Assembly: GCA_963840885.1 (NCBI GenBank)
Contig: CAWJAN010000001.1
Coordinates: forward strand, 181,356-245,355
Length of the DNA stretch: 64,000 nucleotides
DNA from: an uncultured bacterium
GTDB taxonomy: Bacteria > Patescibacteriota > Minisyncoccia > Phycocordibacterales > GWA1-40-21
Direction of reading: 5' to 3'
The translations under genes were made by a program, and so were the position numbers. Under the pieces are notes generated by a model. The model saw nothing but the letters and a program-made list of their open reading frames with translations, had not been told where the DNA came from and searched no databases. Of this stretch, positions 10,619 to 20,641 are shown one piece after another; the first letter of the stretch is position 1, and each line of letters starts with the position of its first letter.

Positions 10619-11017
10619 TTATTCAATAATAATATCGAGTGACGGCTCTAACTTTTTGCATGCTTCTGCAATAAGACGCCGATGACAAAATTCTGGTGAT
10701 ATTTCAACGCATAAAATTGTAACATCGCGCTTGCAAGAAATCGCGTTCAATTCAGCCAGCCTTTTCTGAACCTTCGACATTTGCAAATACTCATTGAATT
10801 TTTCTGCAAATGCTTCCCAAGATAACTTGCCTTTGTAATATGATCCGACCAAAACAGGTCCTGGTGACAAATCCTGCCACCATTCATCAAAAGACTCTTT
10901 TGTAATATCTGAATCATGGGTGATGCCGTCACTTAAAGTATGGCGGCTCATGACTGATATGCGCAATTCATCTTTAGCTAATTTTTCAGCTTTTATGCAT
11001 TTTGTTTTTAGCGCCAT
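10619..11017 (-). CDS. DUF488/YeaO-family protein
   Basis: RISVM, FDEWWQDLSP, W..F...Y, LCVE....CHRRLI; AAGGAG RBS before MALKTK. Confidence 0.8.
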   Translation of the reverse strand: MALKTKCIKAEKLAKDELRISVMSRHTLSDGITHDSDITKESFDEWWQDLSPGPVLVGSYYKGKLSWEAFAEKFNEYLQMSKVQKRLAELNAISCKRDVTILCVEISPEFCHRRLIAEACKKLEPSLDIIIE

Positions 11018-11144
11018 TGTCTTTCTCCTTGGAATAAAAGGGCTTTCCTTTCTTATAAATAACATAAATGGCATGTATTATCAATACAACTATGGCTTCA
11101 TTCATTGCCTTTTCCAATTTTCTCTGTTATTTTAATAAGCTGAT

Positions 11145-11217
11145 GCACCCATAGCTCAGTTGGTAGAGCAGATCCCTCTTAAGGATACGGTCGTAGGTTC
11201 GATCCCTACTGGGTGCA
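11145..11217 (+). tRNA. tRNA-Lys(CTT)
   Basis: Anticodon loop CTCTTAA, GGTTCGATCCC. Confidence 0.92.
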
Positions 11218-11221
11218 CATT

Positions 11222-11302
11222 GGGCGGGTGGTGAAATGGTAGACACGCTAGCCTTAGGAGCTAGTGCCGCAAGGCATGGAGGTTCAAGTCCTCTCCCGCC
11301 CA
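11222..11302 (+). tRNA. tRNA-Leu(TAG)
   Basis: Anticodon arm CTAGC-CTTAGGA-GCTAG, long variable arm. Confidence 0.92.
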
Positions 11303-11379
11303 CTAATGTTTTCTTGACTTTAACCTGTATAAAAACTAAAATCTTATCAGGCTGATCTTATCCTTTAAGGAGGTTAAAA

Positions 11380-11670
11380 GTGTCTCAATTAAGCAAGGAG
11401 CGCATACTGGATTTTTCACGTGTAAGCTTGCTGGTTTTCGGAGAAAATTTTGATGCCGAAAATAAAAATTTATTTGATATCCTCGTAATCCATACTTATG
11501 TCTCCGGGCATAAGACGCGAATCTTCAACGCTATCGTTGTGGCTCTCAGCAACAACGTCATGCTATACGCGGGATTCAAGGAGATTGAAAAATTTGTCAC
11601 GATACTTGAAAAAGGCATCGTGGAACACGGCAAGAAACTGCATCGCAAAGAACACAACAGTAAAAAATAA
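11380..11670 (+). CDS. Hypothetical protein (standalone cassette)
   Basis: TTGACT...TAAAAT promoter-like sequence, AAGGAGG RBS, GTG start, downstream hairpin. Confidence 0.6.
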   Translation: MSQLSKERILDFSRVSLLVFGENFDAENKNLFDILVIHTYVSGHKTRIFNAIVVALSNNVMLYAGFKEIEKFVTILEKGIVEHGKKLHRKEHNSKK

Positions 11671-11715
11671 AAATCGCCGCATCTTCTATGGTATGGCGAT
11701 TTTTTTATTATTTGA

Positions 11716-14019
11716 TTAAGCTATTTCGCAAGTTCCCCCAACACAAGCCAATTCTTTCTTTACATCGGTCTCATCCCTTTTCTCGTACGTGATGATCTTT
11801 GAATAATCAATGTGCTCGAATTTCTTTATCATTTCCTTGTATCTCTTTTCATCTATCTCTTCATAAGGCGCAAGCTGGTATACGTGATTGTCGCGCGGCA
11901 AGAATGAAAGCCCGCCGAGAATATCCCAGTTTTCATAAAGCCAGTTTGCCACCTCTATCCATTCGCCGTCTCCGACAGAAACGGTAACGGAAGGATTGTG
12001 CTCGGTAAAATTCAATTTGACCATCTTCCAATGCTCAAGCTGCTGCAAAGCTGTCTGGTCATCTTTGAATATCGAGCCTTTCGGAGATTTGACCGGAAAT
12101 TCGAACACGAAAGTATTTGCTGTTTCTTTTGTCTGACCCACTTCAGGGAAATAAGGGACTCCCTGGTCGCGAAGCATTTTGAAAAGCGAATCTGTCGCGG
12201 AAATCCTGACTCTTCTTATATAATATGGCGCATATCTAGGATGCATTCCTGAAGAAAAGTTGAAAGTCTGGGAAGAATTTCCATCCGGCTTCACGCATGT
12301 AATCGCGGTTGAAGGAGTGACGCCGAATCTTTTGGCAAAAATTTTATTGGTTTTTATCGTTTCGTCCCTCATTTTCTGGAGCATTTTCGGAGTTCGCACC
12401 AGTTCGCAGTCCCATTGCCCTGCAAGACCCACGCCGAGCAATCTTTCCCTTTCGCAATTCTCTTTCCATTCCTTTGACAGATATGGGAAATTAGTAAGGG
12501 TAGACTGATAGGTGCCTATTATGGTGGCTATCCTTGTTTTTCTGAGTATTGAAGCTTCTGTATCGCCTTCCCTGGCTATTACATTCGTAAGGTTGCAGAA
12601 TTGCTTGGATTGCAGGATTATTTCACCGCAAGGATTAACGCCTATAAGCGGCTTATTGGTAAGCGCATGGCCGTCATATACGCCATCCTGCTTCCAGATT
12701 TTCAGCCTCCTTTCCGGAAGAGTATTCGGTATGCTACCCCTGTTGAATATTCCCCTTTCTCCTGTGCCGGATTTCATAAGGGCAATCCATTCGTCCATGA
12801 ATTCCTCTTCTGTCGGCTTTTGCATATAAACTGCAGAGTTGTTGGCTAGAGACCTTTGGCCTTCCGTAAGATAAAACTGGCCTTTTTTGGCATCGCGTAT
12901 CTTTTCATCCTCCAAATCAGAAAGAGAAATCATGGCGCTTCTTCTGACACCGCCGGAAACGACAATTTCTCCGATTTTGCACATGATGTCATGCGCGTCT
13001 ATATTTTCCAATCTCTTTCCCTGTCTTTTCAATATCTTGGCGCGCGCGAAATCCAAAAGATTTCTGAGAGGATCGGGTCCCGAAGATTTTCCTCCCATAG
13101 TTTTAAGCCTGGCTCCTGCCGGGCGGAGTTTTGAATAATCGAATTCTATGTCCATTCCATCTGCCCAAGTTTTGAGACCGAGAGTCAGAGAATCGCACCA
13201 GCCTTCTTTGCTGTCATCAACAATATGCGTAGGCAATTTTTTCCCGGTCTGTCTCTGGATTTGTGGTAAAGCCTGGATGTTCAAACTCTCAGCCGACCAT
13301 CCTACTCCTGTACCGCACATGCAGATGTACATTATCTCCGCAAAATCCTGCCACTTGTTCGGAGCAATGTAAGAGCAATTGTATGCACAGACATTTGTCC
13401 TGTCCGCTGCTGGTCCGGCAAATTGCAAAAGCCTCATCGAAGGCATTGCTTCCTGTTTCAGGATAGCTTCGCGGATTTCTTTGTATTCGGCATCTGTAAG
13501 TTTTTTTCCGAGATTTTTTTTCATGAAGGCCATGTATCTGTCCACGGTTTCAATCCAAGTTTCCCTCCTTTCCTCTTCCGGAATCCATTTTGAATATGTC
13601 CTGTAATAAACGAATTCGCCTAAAGGATTGCTGAAATATTTTTTGCTTTCTTCGGCAAGTTTTTTAAGATGAGGAGGAACAACCAAGCCTTGTGATCTTA
13701 TACTGTTTCTTTCCTGTCTGTATAATATGTATTCTTTCGATGATTTTACGTATTCTGAAAGTATGAGTTCCTTTTCCACTATATCCTGTATTCCTTCAAC
13801 GTCCGGCAAAAAATCCTTGAATTTCTTGGCTATTCTGACAAGTTCGGCTAAAACCTTATTCGCAACAAGCTCGGCTTCTTCAGTGGATCCCTCACCGCTT
13901 ACCGCCATCGCTTTGCTTATGGCATTTGTGATTTTTTGAAGATTAAAAGGGACTACCTGACCGTCTCTTTTCTTGATGCTCTTTATAAGGTGAGATCTGC
14001 CTGCTCCAGTTTTTACCAT
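11716..14019 (-). CDS. nrdJ: Class II (adenosylcobalamin-dependent) ribonucleotide reductase with N-terminal ATP cone
   Basis: IKKRDG ATP cone, YNCS, GGVRRSA, NPCGEI, VKPDG, C-terminal ACVGGTCEI. Confidence 0.92.
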   Translation of the reverse strand: MVKTGAGRSHLIKSIKKRDGQVVPFNLQKITNAISKAMAVSGEGSTEEAELVANKVLAELVRIAKKFKDFLPDVEGIQDIVEKELILSEYVKSSKEYILYRQERNSIRSQGLVVPPHLKKLAEESKKYFSNPLGEFVYYRTYSKWIPEEERRETWIETVDRYMAFMKKNLGKKLTDAEYKEIREAILKQEAMPSMRLLQFAGPAADRTNVCAYNCSYIAPNKWQDFAEIMYICMCGTGVGWSAESLNIQALPQIQRQTGKKLPTHIVDDSKEGWCDSLTLGLKTWADGMDIEFDYSKLRPAGARLKTMGGKSSGPDPLRNLLDFARAKILKRQGKRLENIDAHDIMCKIGEIVVSGGVRRSAMISLSDLEDEKIRDAKKGQFYLTEGQRSLANNSAVYMQKPTEEEFMDEWIALMKSGTGERGIFNRGSIPNTLPERRLKIWKQDGVYDGHALTNKPLIGVNPCGEIILQSKQFCNLTNVIAREGDTEASILRKTRIATIIGTYQSTLTNFPYLSKEWKENCERERLLGVGLAGQWDCELVRTPKMLQKMRDETIKTNKIFAKRFGVTPSTAITCVKPDGNSSQTFNFSSGMHPRYAPYYIRRVRISATDSLFKMLRDQGVPYFPEVGQTKETANTFVFEFPVKSPKGSIFKDDQTALQQLEHWKMVKLNFTEHNPSVTVSVGDGEWIEVANWLYENWDILGGLSFLPRDNHVYQLAPYEEIDEKRYKEMIKKFEHIDYSKIITYEKRDETDVKKELACVGGTCEIA

Positions 14020-14310
14020 TTTTTTAAAATTATTTTGCCGTTTGCTTGCACAAGTTCGCTTCGGGCTTGTTTGTAAATTGTTTTAATAATTTTAACCCAA
14101 CAACAGAAAGAAAAAAACATAAAATGGCTGTTTTTTAGGAAAATAAATTAAAAATCTGACAGTGTAAAGAACCTCACTGTAATACGCCTTAAAAATATGG
14201 AGATTTTAGGGTGTTTTTTTACAAAAAGCCTTCCGGCTCTTTTTTATTTTATGTTTTAAAATGAAAAATGCCGGTTTGAACGGCATTTTTCTTAAAAAAT
14301 CCGGTAAATC

Positions 14311-14784
14311 TTATAAAAATTTCATACTATCACCTACTTTTATATTATTTTTATCTGAAAATCCGGCTGGCACTTCCAAAACATATCTTGCTTCATAATT
14401 TTCTCCGAAAACCGTCGGGTAAGTATCCGTCGCCAGATTTTTTTCAACTCCAACTACTGAGAAGCTATCAGAAATCCATAAAATATCCAGCGGAAATTCC
14501 ATATCCTTCATCCAAAATCCGTAATTCCCCGGCTTATCAAAGGCAAAGAGCATTCCTTCATCAGCATTCAATCCGGTTTTTCCAGAAAGGCCGAGCGTAA
14601 GCTTGCAATAATCGTCTGCAATAATTGTTTTTAGATTTTTGTTTCCCAAAATAATATCCTGTTCTGAATAATTTCCGCATTCGCTCGTATATATAGGCCC
14701 AGTTATGAAATTCCTATAGACAAAAATCCCTAGTATAAAAATAATCAGAATTCCGAGTATAACGGCTAAGATTTTGTTTTTCAT
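14311..14784 (-). CDS. DUF192-family protein
   Basis: GMLF.F, FWMKDMEFPLDILWI, YVLEVPAG. Confidence 0.9.
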   Translation of the reverse strand: MKNKILAVILGILIIFILGIFVYRNFITGPIYTSECGNYSEQDIILGNKNLKTIIADDYCKLTLGLSGKTGLNADEGMLFAFDKPGNYGFWMKDMEFPLDILWISDSFSVVGVEKNLATDTYPTVFGENYEARYVLEVPAGFSDKNNIKVGDSMKFL

Positions 14785-14799
14785 GATATCAATTTATTC

Positions 14800-14888
14800 T
14801 GGCGGAGGGTGCGAGATTCGAACTCGCGGTGGATTGCTCCACACAGACTTTCCAGGTCTGCGCACTAGACCAACTATGCGAACCCTCC
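14800..14888 (-). tRNA. tRNA-Ser(GGA)
   Basis: Reverse complement GGAGGGTTCGCATAG...CAGAC-CTGGAAA-GTCTG...TTCGAATC...CTCCGCCA. Confidence 0.93.
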
Positions 14889-14956
14889 ATACACCGCATC
14901 ATACTTGAAAAAAATATTTTTTCAATTGAGTTTTGGCAAACTGGCTGAAAAATTAT

Positions 14957-15643
14957 TCAGATAGAACGGTAGACTATAAGGCTGAGAACTGCAAAAAATA
15001 TCGCCGTATATAAAGTATATGTTGCCATTAGCAGGCTGAATTGGCTTCCCGTCATGAGAAATAGAAAGATAAATCCAACTCCTACGCTTTCAAGAACCAT
15101 TTTTATTTTTCCTATTGTCTTTGCGGGCACCACCTTTCCTTTGAATCTGTAATATGCGGAAGCAATGAGCAATAATTCTATAGAAATTATTGCGATCGCT
15201 ATCCTTGGGCTCAAAAATTCAAAAATTACTGTTCCGCCGACAATTCCTATAAGAAGCTTATCTGTGATAGGGTCGAATACTATTCCCCAATCAGTAATTT
15301 TTTTTCTTGTTCTTGCTATGGCGCCATCAAGCGCGTCCGAAAAGGCCGATATAACAAAAAGTACCGTGGCTGTTTCATATTGTCCGGTATTCAGCAGCCA
15401 TAATATGAAAGGAATGGAAACGAATCTGAAAACAGTCACATAATTCGGCCTTACCCATGAAGGGAAAGCCCAAAGAAAAAGGCTATCTATTATTCTGTCG
15501 GTAAAAGTCACCTTGGCTATATATTCCGGCCTAGGATCGTCAAAAACCCTGAAAAGGAGCCTCTTTATATCGATTTTTTGAGCTACCTTCTGTGCAACTT
15601 TTCCCTTGAAAACAAGCTTTTTATCTGGATTTTCGTTTTGCAT
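14957..15643 (-). CDS. CDP-alcohol phosphatidyltransferase (PgsA-like)
   Basis: PNYVT..R, SDALDGAIAR, G...DPITDK signature. Confidence 0.9.
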   Translation of the reverse strand: MQNENPDKKLVFKGKVAQKVAQKIDIKRLLFRVFDDPRPEYIAKVTFTDRIIDSLFLWAFPSWVRPNYVTVFRFVSIPFILWLLNTGQYETATVLFVISAFSDALDGAIARTRKKITDWGIVFDPITDKLLIGIVGGTVIFEFLSPRIAIAIISIELLLIASAYYRFKGKVVPAKTIGKIKMVLESVGVGFIFLFLMTGSQFSLLMATYTLYTAIFFAVLSLIVYRSI

Positions 15644-16310
15644 TTCTCTTTATCTTTTTTTTCATGCGTGAAGAAATATTTTGAAGATCGCTGTATTTTA
15701 CAGTCTTATTTTTGCCGGTTACCTTGGCTTTGTACATCGCCGTATCAGCTTCCTTTACGACTTTTTCCGCCGAGATGCCGCTTGCCTGCGCTACTCCTAT
15801 ACTCACGGTAACTTTTATCTTATCGTAATCCGGAATCTTTATTTCATTTATCTTCAATCTGAGTCCCTCAGCCTTATCATACGCTTCATTTTCATCGGCA
15901 CCCAATAGCATGACACCCATCTCTTCTCCTCCAAGCCTTGCCGGAAAATCCCTGTCCCATATCTTTCTTTTTAAAACGCCGGCGACAGTTTTTAAAACCC
16001 TGTCCCCTATGGCATGTCCGTAAGTATCGTTTATTTTTTTGAAATTATCTATGTCTATGAACAAGACGGATATCTTGGTGAAACCGAAATGCTCGTGCCT
16101 TTCGTGGTGATCCTTATGAAAGATCATGCTTAGATTTTTTACCAGCTCTTCGTAAAAAAATTGCCTTGTTTTCAGTCCCGTCAGGCTGTCATGTATGATG
16201 TCCTGTTCCAAAGTCTTTATCTTTTTTTTCAATTGGAAATTTTCCTTCTGCAGATTGACCACCTGGAAAAACATCTTTAGCTTGTCTACATTTGATAATT
16301 CTTTTGCCAT
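15621..16310 (-). CDS. GGDEF diguanylate cyclase with N-terminal coiled coil
   Basis: DSLTGL, DIDNFKKINDTYGH, RLGGEEM, ADTAMYKAK. Confidence 0.92.
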   Translation of the reverse strand: MAKELSNVDKLKMFFQVVNLQKENFQLKKKIKTLEQDIIHDSLTGLKTRQFFYEELVKNLSMIFHKDHHERHEHFGFTKISVLFIDIDNFKKINDTYGHAIGDRVLKTVAGVLKRKIWDRDFPARLGGEEMGVMLLGADENEAYDKAEGLRLKINEIKIPDYDKIKVTVSIGVAQASGISAEKVVKEADTAMYKAKVTGKNKTVKYSDLQNISSRMKKKIKRNAKRKSR

Positions 16311-16312
16311 AT

Positions 16313-17194
16313 TTAATTCATATTAGTTAATGCCTTGATTCTTTCTTCAACCGGCGGATGAGTGCTGAAAAGATTTGAGACCTTCTTGCCTGCATTGCCG
16401 AAAGGATTCGCTATGAAAAGATGCGCTGTGGCGTGATTTGGATTTTTCATCGGAATATTTGCAGCGGAAATCTTACGCAATGCCGAAGCAAGTCCTTCAG
16501 GATATCTTGTCAGAAGCGCCCCCGATGCGTCCGCTAAAAACTCCCTTTTTCTGGATATGGCAAGCTGTATAAGCGTAGCCGCAATCGGTGATAATATTAT
16601 AAAAATAATTCCTATAATCTGCAAAATGCCTCCGCCCTTCTCCTCGTCGCTTCTTCCGAAAAACATTCCTCTTGTGAAAATATTGGCAAGGATTGATACG
16701 AATCCTACAAGAACAACTACTATAGTGGAAAGCAGTATATCCCTGTTCCCTATATGAGAAAGCTCGTGCGCTATAACTCCTTCAAGCTCATTTTTATCAA
16801 GTATTTTCAAAAGACCGGTTGTTACGCATACGGTAGCGTGATTTTTATCCCTGCCGGTAGCAAAAGCGTTAGGAGAAGGATCGCTTATTATGAAAACTTT
16901 CGGCATAGGCAGCCCAGCTGTAATGGAAAGATTCTGCACATCATTATAAAGGTCGAAATATTCTTCCCTTTTAGCTTCTTTTGCTCCGGACATCGAAAGG
17001 ACTATTTTGTCTGAATACCAATATCCGGCTATATTCATTAAGACGCTGAAGATTATGGCTATGTACAATATGCTTTCGTCATTATAGTAATAGCTTATGA
17101 AATATCCTATTCCTATGACTAAAGATAAAAACATGGCCATTAAAAACCATGTTTTTGTTACATTCTTTGACTGTTGTGTATACAGCGTCGCCAC
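16313..17194 (-). CDS. htpX: Zinc metalloprotease HtpX (M48)
   Basis: PNAFATG, HELSH, SRKREFLAD, FSTHPP. Confidence 0.93.
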   Translation of the reverse strand: MATLYTQQSKNVTKTWFLMAMFLSLVIGIGYFISYYYNDESILYIAIIFSVLMNIAGYWYSDKIVLSMSGAKEAKREEYFDLYNDVQNLSITAGLPMPKVFIISDPSPNAFATGRDKNHATVCVTTGLLKILDKNELEGVIAHELSHIGNRDILLSTIVVVLVGFVSILANIFTRGMFFGRSDEEKGGGILQIIGIIFIILSPIAATLIQLAISRKREFLADASGALLTRYPEGLASALRKISAANIPMKNPNHATAHLFIANPFGNAGKKVSNLFSTHPPVEERIKALTNMN

Positions 17195-17210
17195 TTTAAT
17201 TTTTACTTAA

Positions 17211-17687
17211 CTATGCTATATGATGCGCCTGATGATGGTATTCCGACTTTCCGAAACCTAAGATAGGATAAAATATGAATGGAAGAAAAATCAACCCTAG
17301 AGTGAACCATATTCCTCTTTTGAAGACTTTCGAGAGTTCATAAACGACTATCAATCCCACGACCATATTCACAAATGGAACGAAATACAGCAGAACCCAC
17401 CACAGCGGCCTGTTTATGACTTCAAGCATCACTACAAGATTGTATATCGGAACGATTGAGGCCCATCCGGGCTTGCCGGCTTTTTTGAAGATCCTCCATA
17501 TTCCTGCAATAGTAAAAATTGAAACCAAAAATGTTATGAGGAATATGAACGGCGTGAGCCATACTATTCCGATGAATGCTAATGCTTCTTTCTGGCAAGG
17601 GACCATCTGCCCGTTTACCCAGCAGAAAACATTCGGATGGTTAGACCAGGAATATGCGGAAGCGAATAAACTTGAAAATGAATTCAT
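17211..17687 (-). CDS. DUF5684-family membrane protein
   Basis: WRIFKKAGKPGWASIVPIYN, LPFIFYPILGFG. Confidence 0.8.
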   Translation of the reverse strand: MNSFSSLFASAYSWSNHPNVFCWVNGQMVPCQKEALAFIGIVWLTPFIFLITFLVSIFTIAGIWRIFKKAGKPGWASIVPIYNLVVMLEVINRPLWWVLLYFVPFVNMVVGLIVVYELSKVFKRGIWFTLGLIFLPFIFYPILGFGKSEYHHQAHHIA

Positions 17688-17713
17688 AATATTTTTAAAT
17701 TAAAGCTTATAAT

Positions 17714-18268
17714 TTAAAACTTTACATCAACGGGCTTTTTTGCTGCAGCATCTGATTCATCAAGGGTGAACATTTCCATCTTCATGAAGTGAAAAACTTT
17801 GGCTACCATATTGCTCGGAAAAGAATCTATGGCTATGTTTAAGTCCCTTACATTGCCGTTATAAAACCTTCTTGCAGACTGTATCTTGTTTTCGGTATCG
17901 GAAAGCTCCGCCTGCAAAGACAGGAAGTTCTGGTTGGCCTTAAGATCCGGATATGCTTCTGCAATGGCAAAGACGCTTTTCAGCGCGCTTGCAAGAGCGT
18001 TTTCTGTTTTGCCTTTGTCTACTATGTTCTGCGCTCCCATTGCCGCAGCCCTTGCCTTTGTAACATTTTCAAATGCCTCGCTTTCATGAGCGGCATAACC
18101 TTTTACGGTATTTACAAGATTCGGAATAAGGTCGTATCTCCTTTTAAGCTGTACATCTATGTCAGACCAGGCTTCCTTTGCCCTGTTTATGAAAGTTATG
18201 AATTTATTGTATGAATAAATTCCCCATACAACGATGACCAATAAAATAACCAATAATATATTACCCAT
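17714..18268 (-). CDS. lemA: LemA family protein
   Basis: WSDIDVQLKRRYDLIPNLV, EAYPDLKANQNF, ARRFYN. Confidence 0.95.
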   Translation of the reverse strand: MGNILLVILLVIVVWGIYSYNKFITFINRAKEAWSDIDVQLKRRYDLIPNLVNTVKGYAAHESEAFENVTKARAAAMGAQNIVDKGKTENALASALKSVFAIAEAYPDLKANQNFLSLQAELSDTENKIQSARRFYNGNVRDLNIAIDSFPSNMVAKVFHFMKMEMFTLDESDAAAKKPVDVKF

Positions 18269-18435
18269 AACGATTGAAATAATTGCAAATAAATGAGCGT
18301 TTTAGTTCTAAATTAGATTGCACTGCTCAAAAAGCATTATATCATAACCGGCCGGAATATGAACAGGCTCTTGAAATTGTCGCATTAAGCCTGTCTTTGA
18401 CTTTGAAATATTCTTTTGCTATACTTCCAGAGACA

Positions 18436-18660
18436 ATGATATTCTTACCGTATTTACAGATAATTCTTGCCGTACTTCTTGTCGCGGCTATCTTAATGCA
18501 GAGATCCGAAGCTTCAACCGGAGGAATTTTTGGCGGTACTGACAATTGGAATGCCGCTTATCACACGAGACGCGGGTTCGAAAAGACGCTTTTCGATATA
18601 ACAATAGCTCTCGGCGTACTCTTTACGATTGCTTCGGTTTTGGCTCTTATATTGAAATAA
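18436..18660 (+). CDS. secG: Preprotein translocase subunit SecG
   Basis: Two TM helices, LMQ...GGIFGG, TRRGFEK; start placed at MIFLP. Confidence 0.85.
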   Translation: MIFLPYLQIILAVLLVAAILMQRSEASTGGIFGGTDNWNAAYHTRRGFEKTLFDITIALGVLFTIASVLALILK

Positions 18661-18801
18661 TATTCGCCAAGCACGCCACTGAATAATATTGTTGCACGTT
18701 ATTGCTGATTCATTACGTATAGTATATATATTATAAAAATAATTTTAATCTAAAAGAGGTTTGGCCATAATTACGGCCCGAATCGCACTCCTATAAGAAG
18801 A

Positions 18802-20562
18802 ATGAAAAAAGAAATAAAACAAATCCTTAATAAGAGATGGGATATTGAATTTTTCGGAGAATTATCAAAAACGATATCCGCATTCAGCCTGACCGAAAAA
18901 ATAATATTTTATGCTCTGATCGGATTATTCGTAATATCAGGAATCTTCCTCTTAAATGATGTGAGCAAATCATATACCTTGAATGTGCCTGTTAACGGAG
19001 GGCAGCTGAAGGAAGGAATAGTCGGTTCGCCGAGATTCATAAACCCTGTCCTTGCTGTTTCAGATGTTGATCATGATCTTACTCAGCTCGTATATTCCGG
19101 CCTTGTAAAAATAACTCCGGAAAATGATATTGTTCCGGATTTGGCCAAAGATTACCAGATATCATCTGACGGCCTCACATACACATTCGACCTGAAAGAC
19201 GATCTTTATTTCCAGGACGGAACAAAGCTCACGACTGATGATGTGGTATTCACAATAAATGAAATCCAGGACGGAACCATAAAAAGCCCGCTAAGGCCTG
19301 AGTTTTACGATGTGCAGGTTCAAAAGATAGACGACAAAAAAATACAATTTATCCTTAAAAAGCCTTATGCTCCTTTTCTGGAAAATCTTACTGTGGGCAT
19401 CTTGCCTAAGCATATATGGGGCAATCTTTCATCGGAGGAATTTCCTCTGAGCCAGTACAATCTTGAACCTGTGGGATCCGGGCCTTATGAAATAAGCAAA
19501 ATGTACACGACGCAAAAAGATATGCTTCTTATACCTACTTATTACGAACTTGAGCCTTTCGACAAGTATGCTTCCGGCAAGCCTTATATAGACAGCTTGG
19601 TAATAAATTTCTATAAGGACGAAAAATCTCTTATAACGGCATATGATAATGGCGACATAGAAGCGATAAATTCGATTTCTCCGGACGGAATGGGTTCAGT
19701 TAAGGAACAAAGCGGAGCGGTAATAAAAACGGCTCCCCTTCCTAAAGAATTCATGGTCTTTTTCAATCAGAACCAGTCTGAGGCGCTTTCTTATCCTGAA
19801 GTCAGGCAGGCGCTAAGCGAATCTGTCGACAGAAATCAGCTGGTAGATCAAGTGCTAGACGGCTATGGCATACCTCTATACGGCCCGATACCCGTAGGAT
19901 TTCTTGGAAATGAACAAGCGACCAATACGAATAGCTATAATCTCGCCGATGCACAAGCGCTTCTTGCAAAAAACGGATGGACGATGTCTACGACAACGGG
20001 CGATTTGGTAAAAAAAGTCAGCAAGACAAAAACAGTGGAGCTTTCAATGACTCTGGCGACCCTGAACAGCCCTAACCTTGAAGAAGCCGCGAATCTGGTA
20101 AAGGCGAACTGGGAAAAGCTTGGCGCCAAAGTCGACGTCCAGGAATTCGATTTCGGAAGCCTTCAGCAAAACGTAATAAGGCCGAGAAAATTCGATGCTC
20201 TTCTTTACGGGCTTGTCGTCGGAAGAGATATGGATTTCTTCGCATTCTGGCATTCATCGCAAAGAAATGACCCGGGCCTCAATATATCAATGTATGCGAA
20301 CAGCAAAGTAGACAAGCTTCTTGAAGATGCCCGGGCTACGCTTGATCAGACAGAACGCACAAATGACTATATGTCTTTCCAGAACGACATAGAAAATGAC
20401 AATCCTGCCGTTTTCCTTTATTCTCCGGAATTCACGTATATAGTTCCTGGCAATATACAGAATATGGATATCAATACAATAACCATGCCTTCTGAAAGAT
20501 TCTTGAATGTTAACGAATGGTATATAGAAACCAATAACCTTTGGAAGATATTCGCCAAATAA
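18802..20562 (+). CDS. Peptide ABC transporter substrate-binding protein (family 5), TM-anchored
   Basis: VPDLA...SSDGLTYTF.L, F.DG..LT..DV.FT, PVGSGPY, VRQAL. Confidence 0.88.
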   Translation: MKKEIKQILNKRWDIEFFGELSKTISAFSLTEKIIFYALIGLFVISGIFLLNDVSKSYTLNVPVNGGQLKEGIVGSPRFINPVLAVSDVDHDLTQLVYSGLVKITPENDIVPDLAKDYQISSDGLTYTFDLKDDLYFQDGTKLTTDDVVFTINEIQDGTIKSPLRPEFYDVQVQKIDDKKIQFILKKPYAPFLENLTVGILPKHIWGNLSSEEFPLSQYNLEPVGSGPYEISKMYTTQKDMLLIPTYYELEPFDKYASGKPYIDSLVINFYKDEKSLITAYDNGDIEAINSISPDGMGSVKEQSGAVIKTAPLPKEFMVFFNQNQSEALSYPEVRQALSESVDRNQLVDQVLDGYGIPLYGPIPVGFLGNEQATNTNSYNLADAQALLAKNGWTMSTTTGDLVKKVSKTKTVELSMTLATLNSPNLEEAANLVKANWEKLGAKVDVQEFDFGSLQQNVIRPRKFDALLYGLVVGRDMDFFAFWHSSQRNDPGLNISMYANSKVDKLLEDARATLDQTERTNDYMSFQNDIENDNPAVFLYSPEFTYIVPGNIQNMDINTITMPSERFLNVNEWYIETNNLWKIFAK

Positions 20563-20641
20563 AATAATCCTTCAGGATTGTTTTACCAGGCAAAAAATTT
20601 ATAAGTTTAATTTTATCAAAGCCGCCGATAGCGGAAAAAAT

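Noticed and set aside
17211-17687. Gene between lemA and htpX as a mobile insertion
   Set aside because: No flanking repeats or mobility signature; it looks like an ordinary co-oriented membrane gene.
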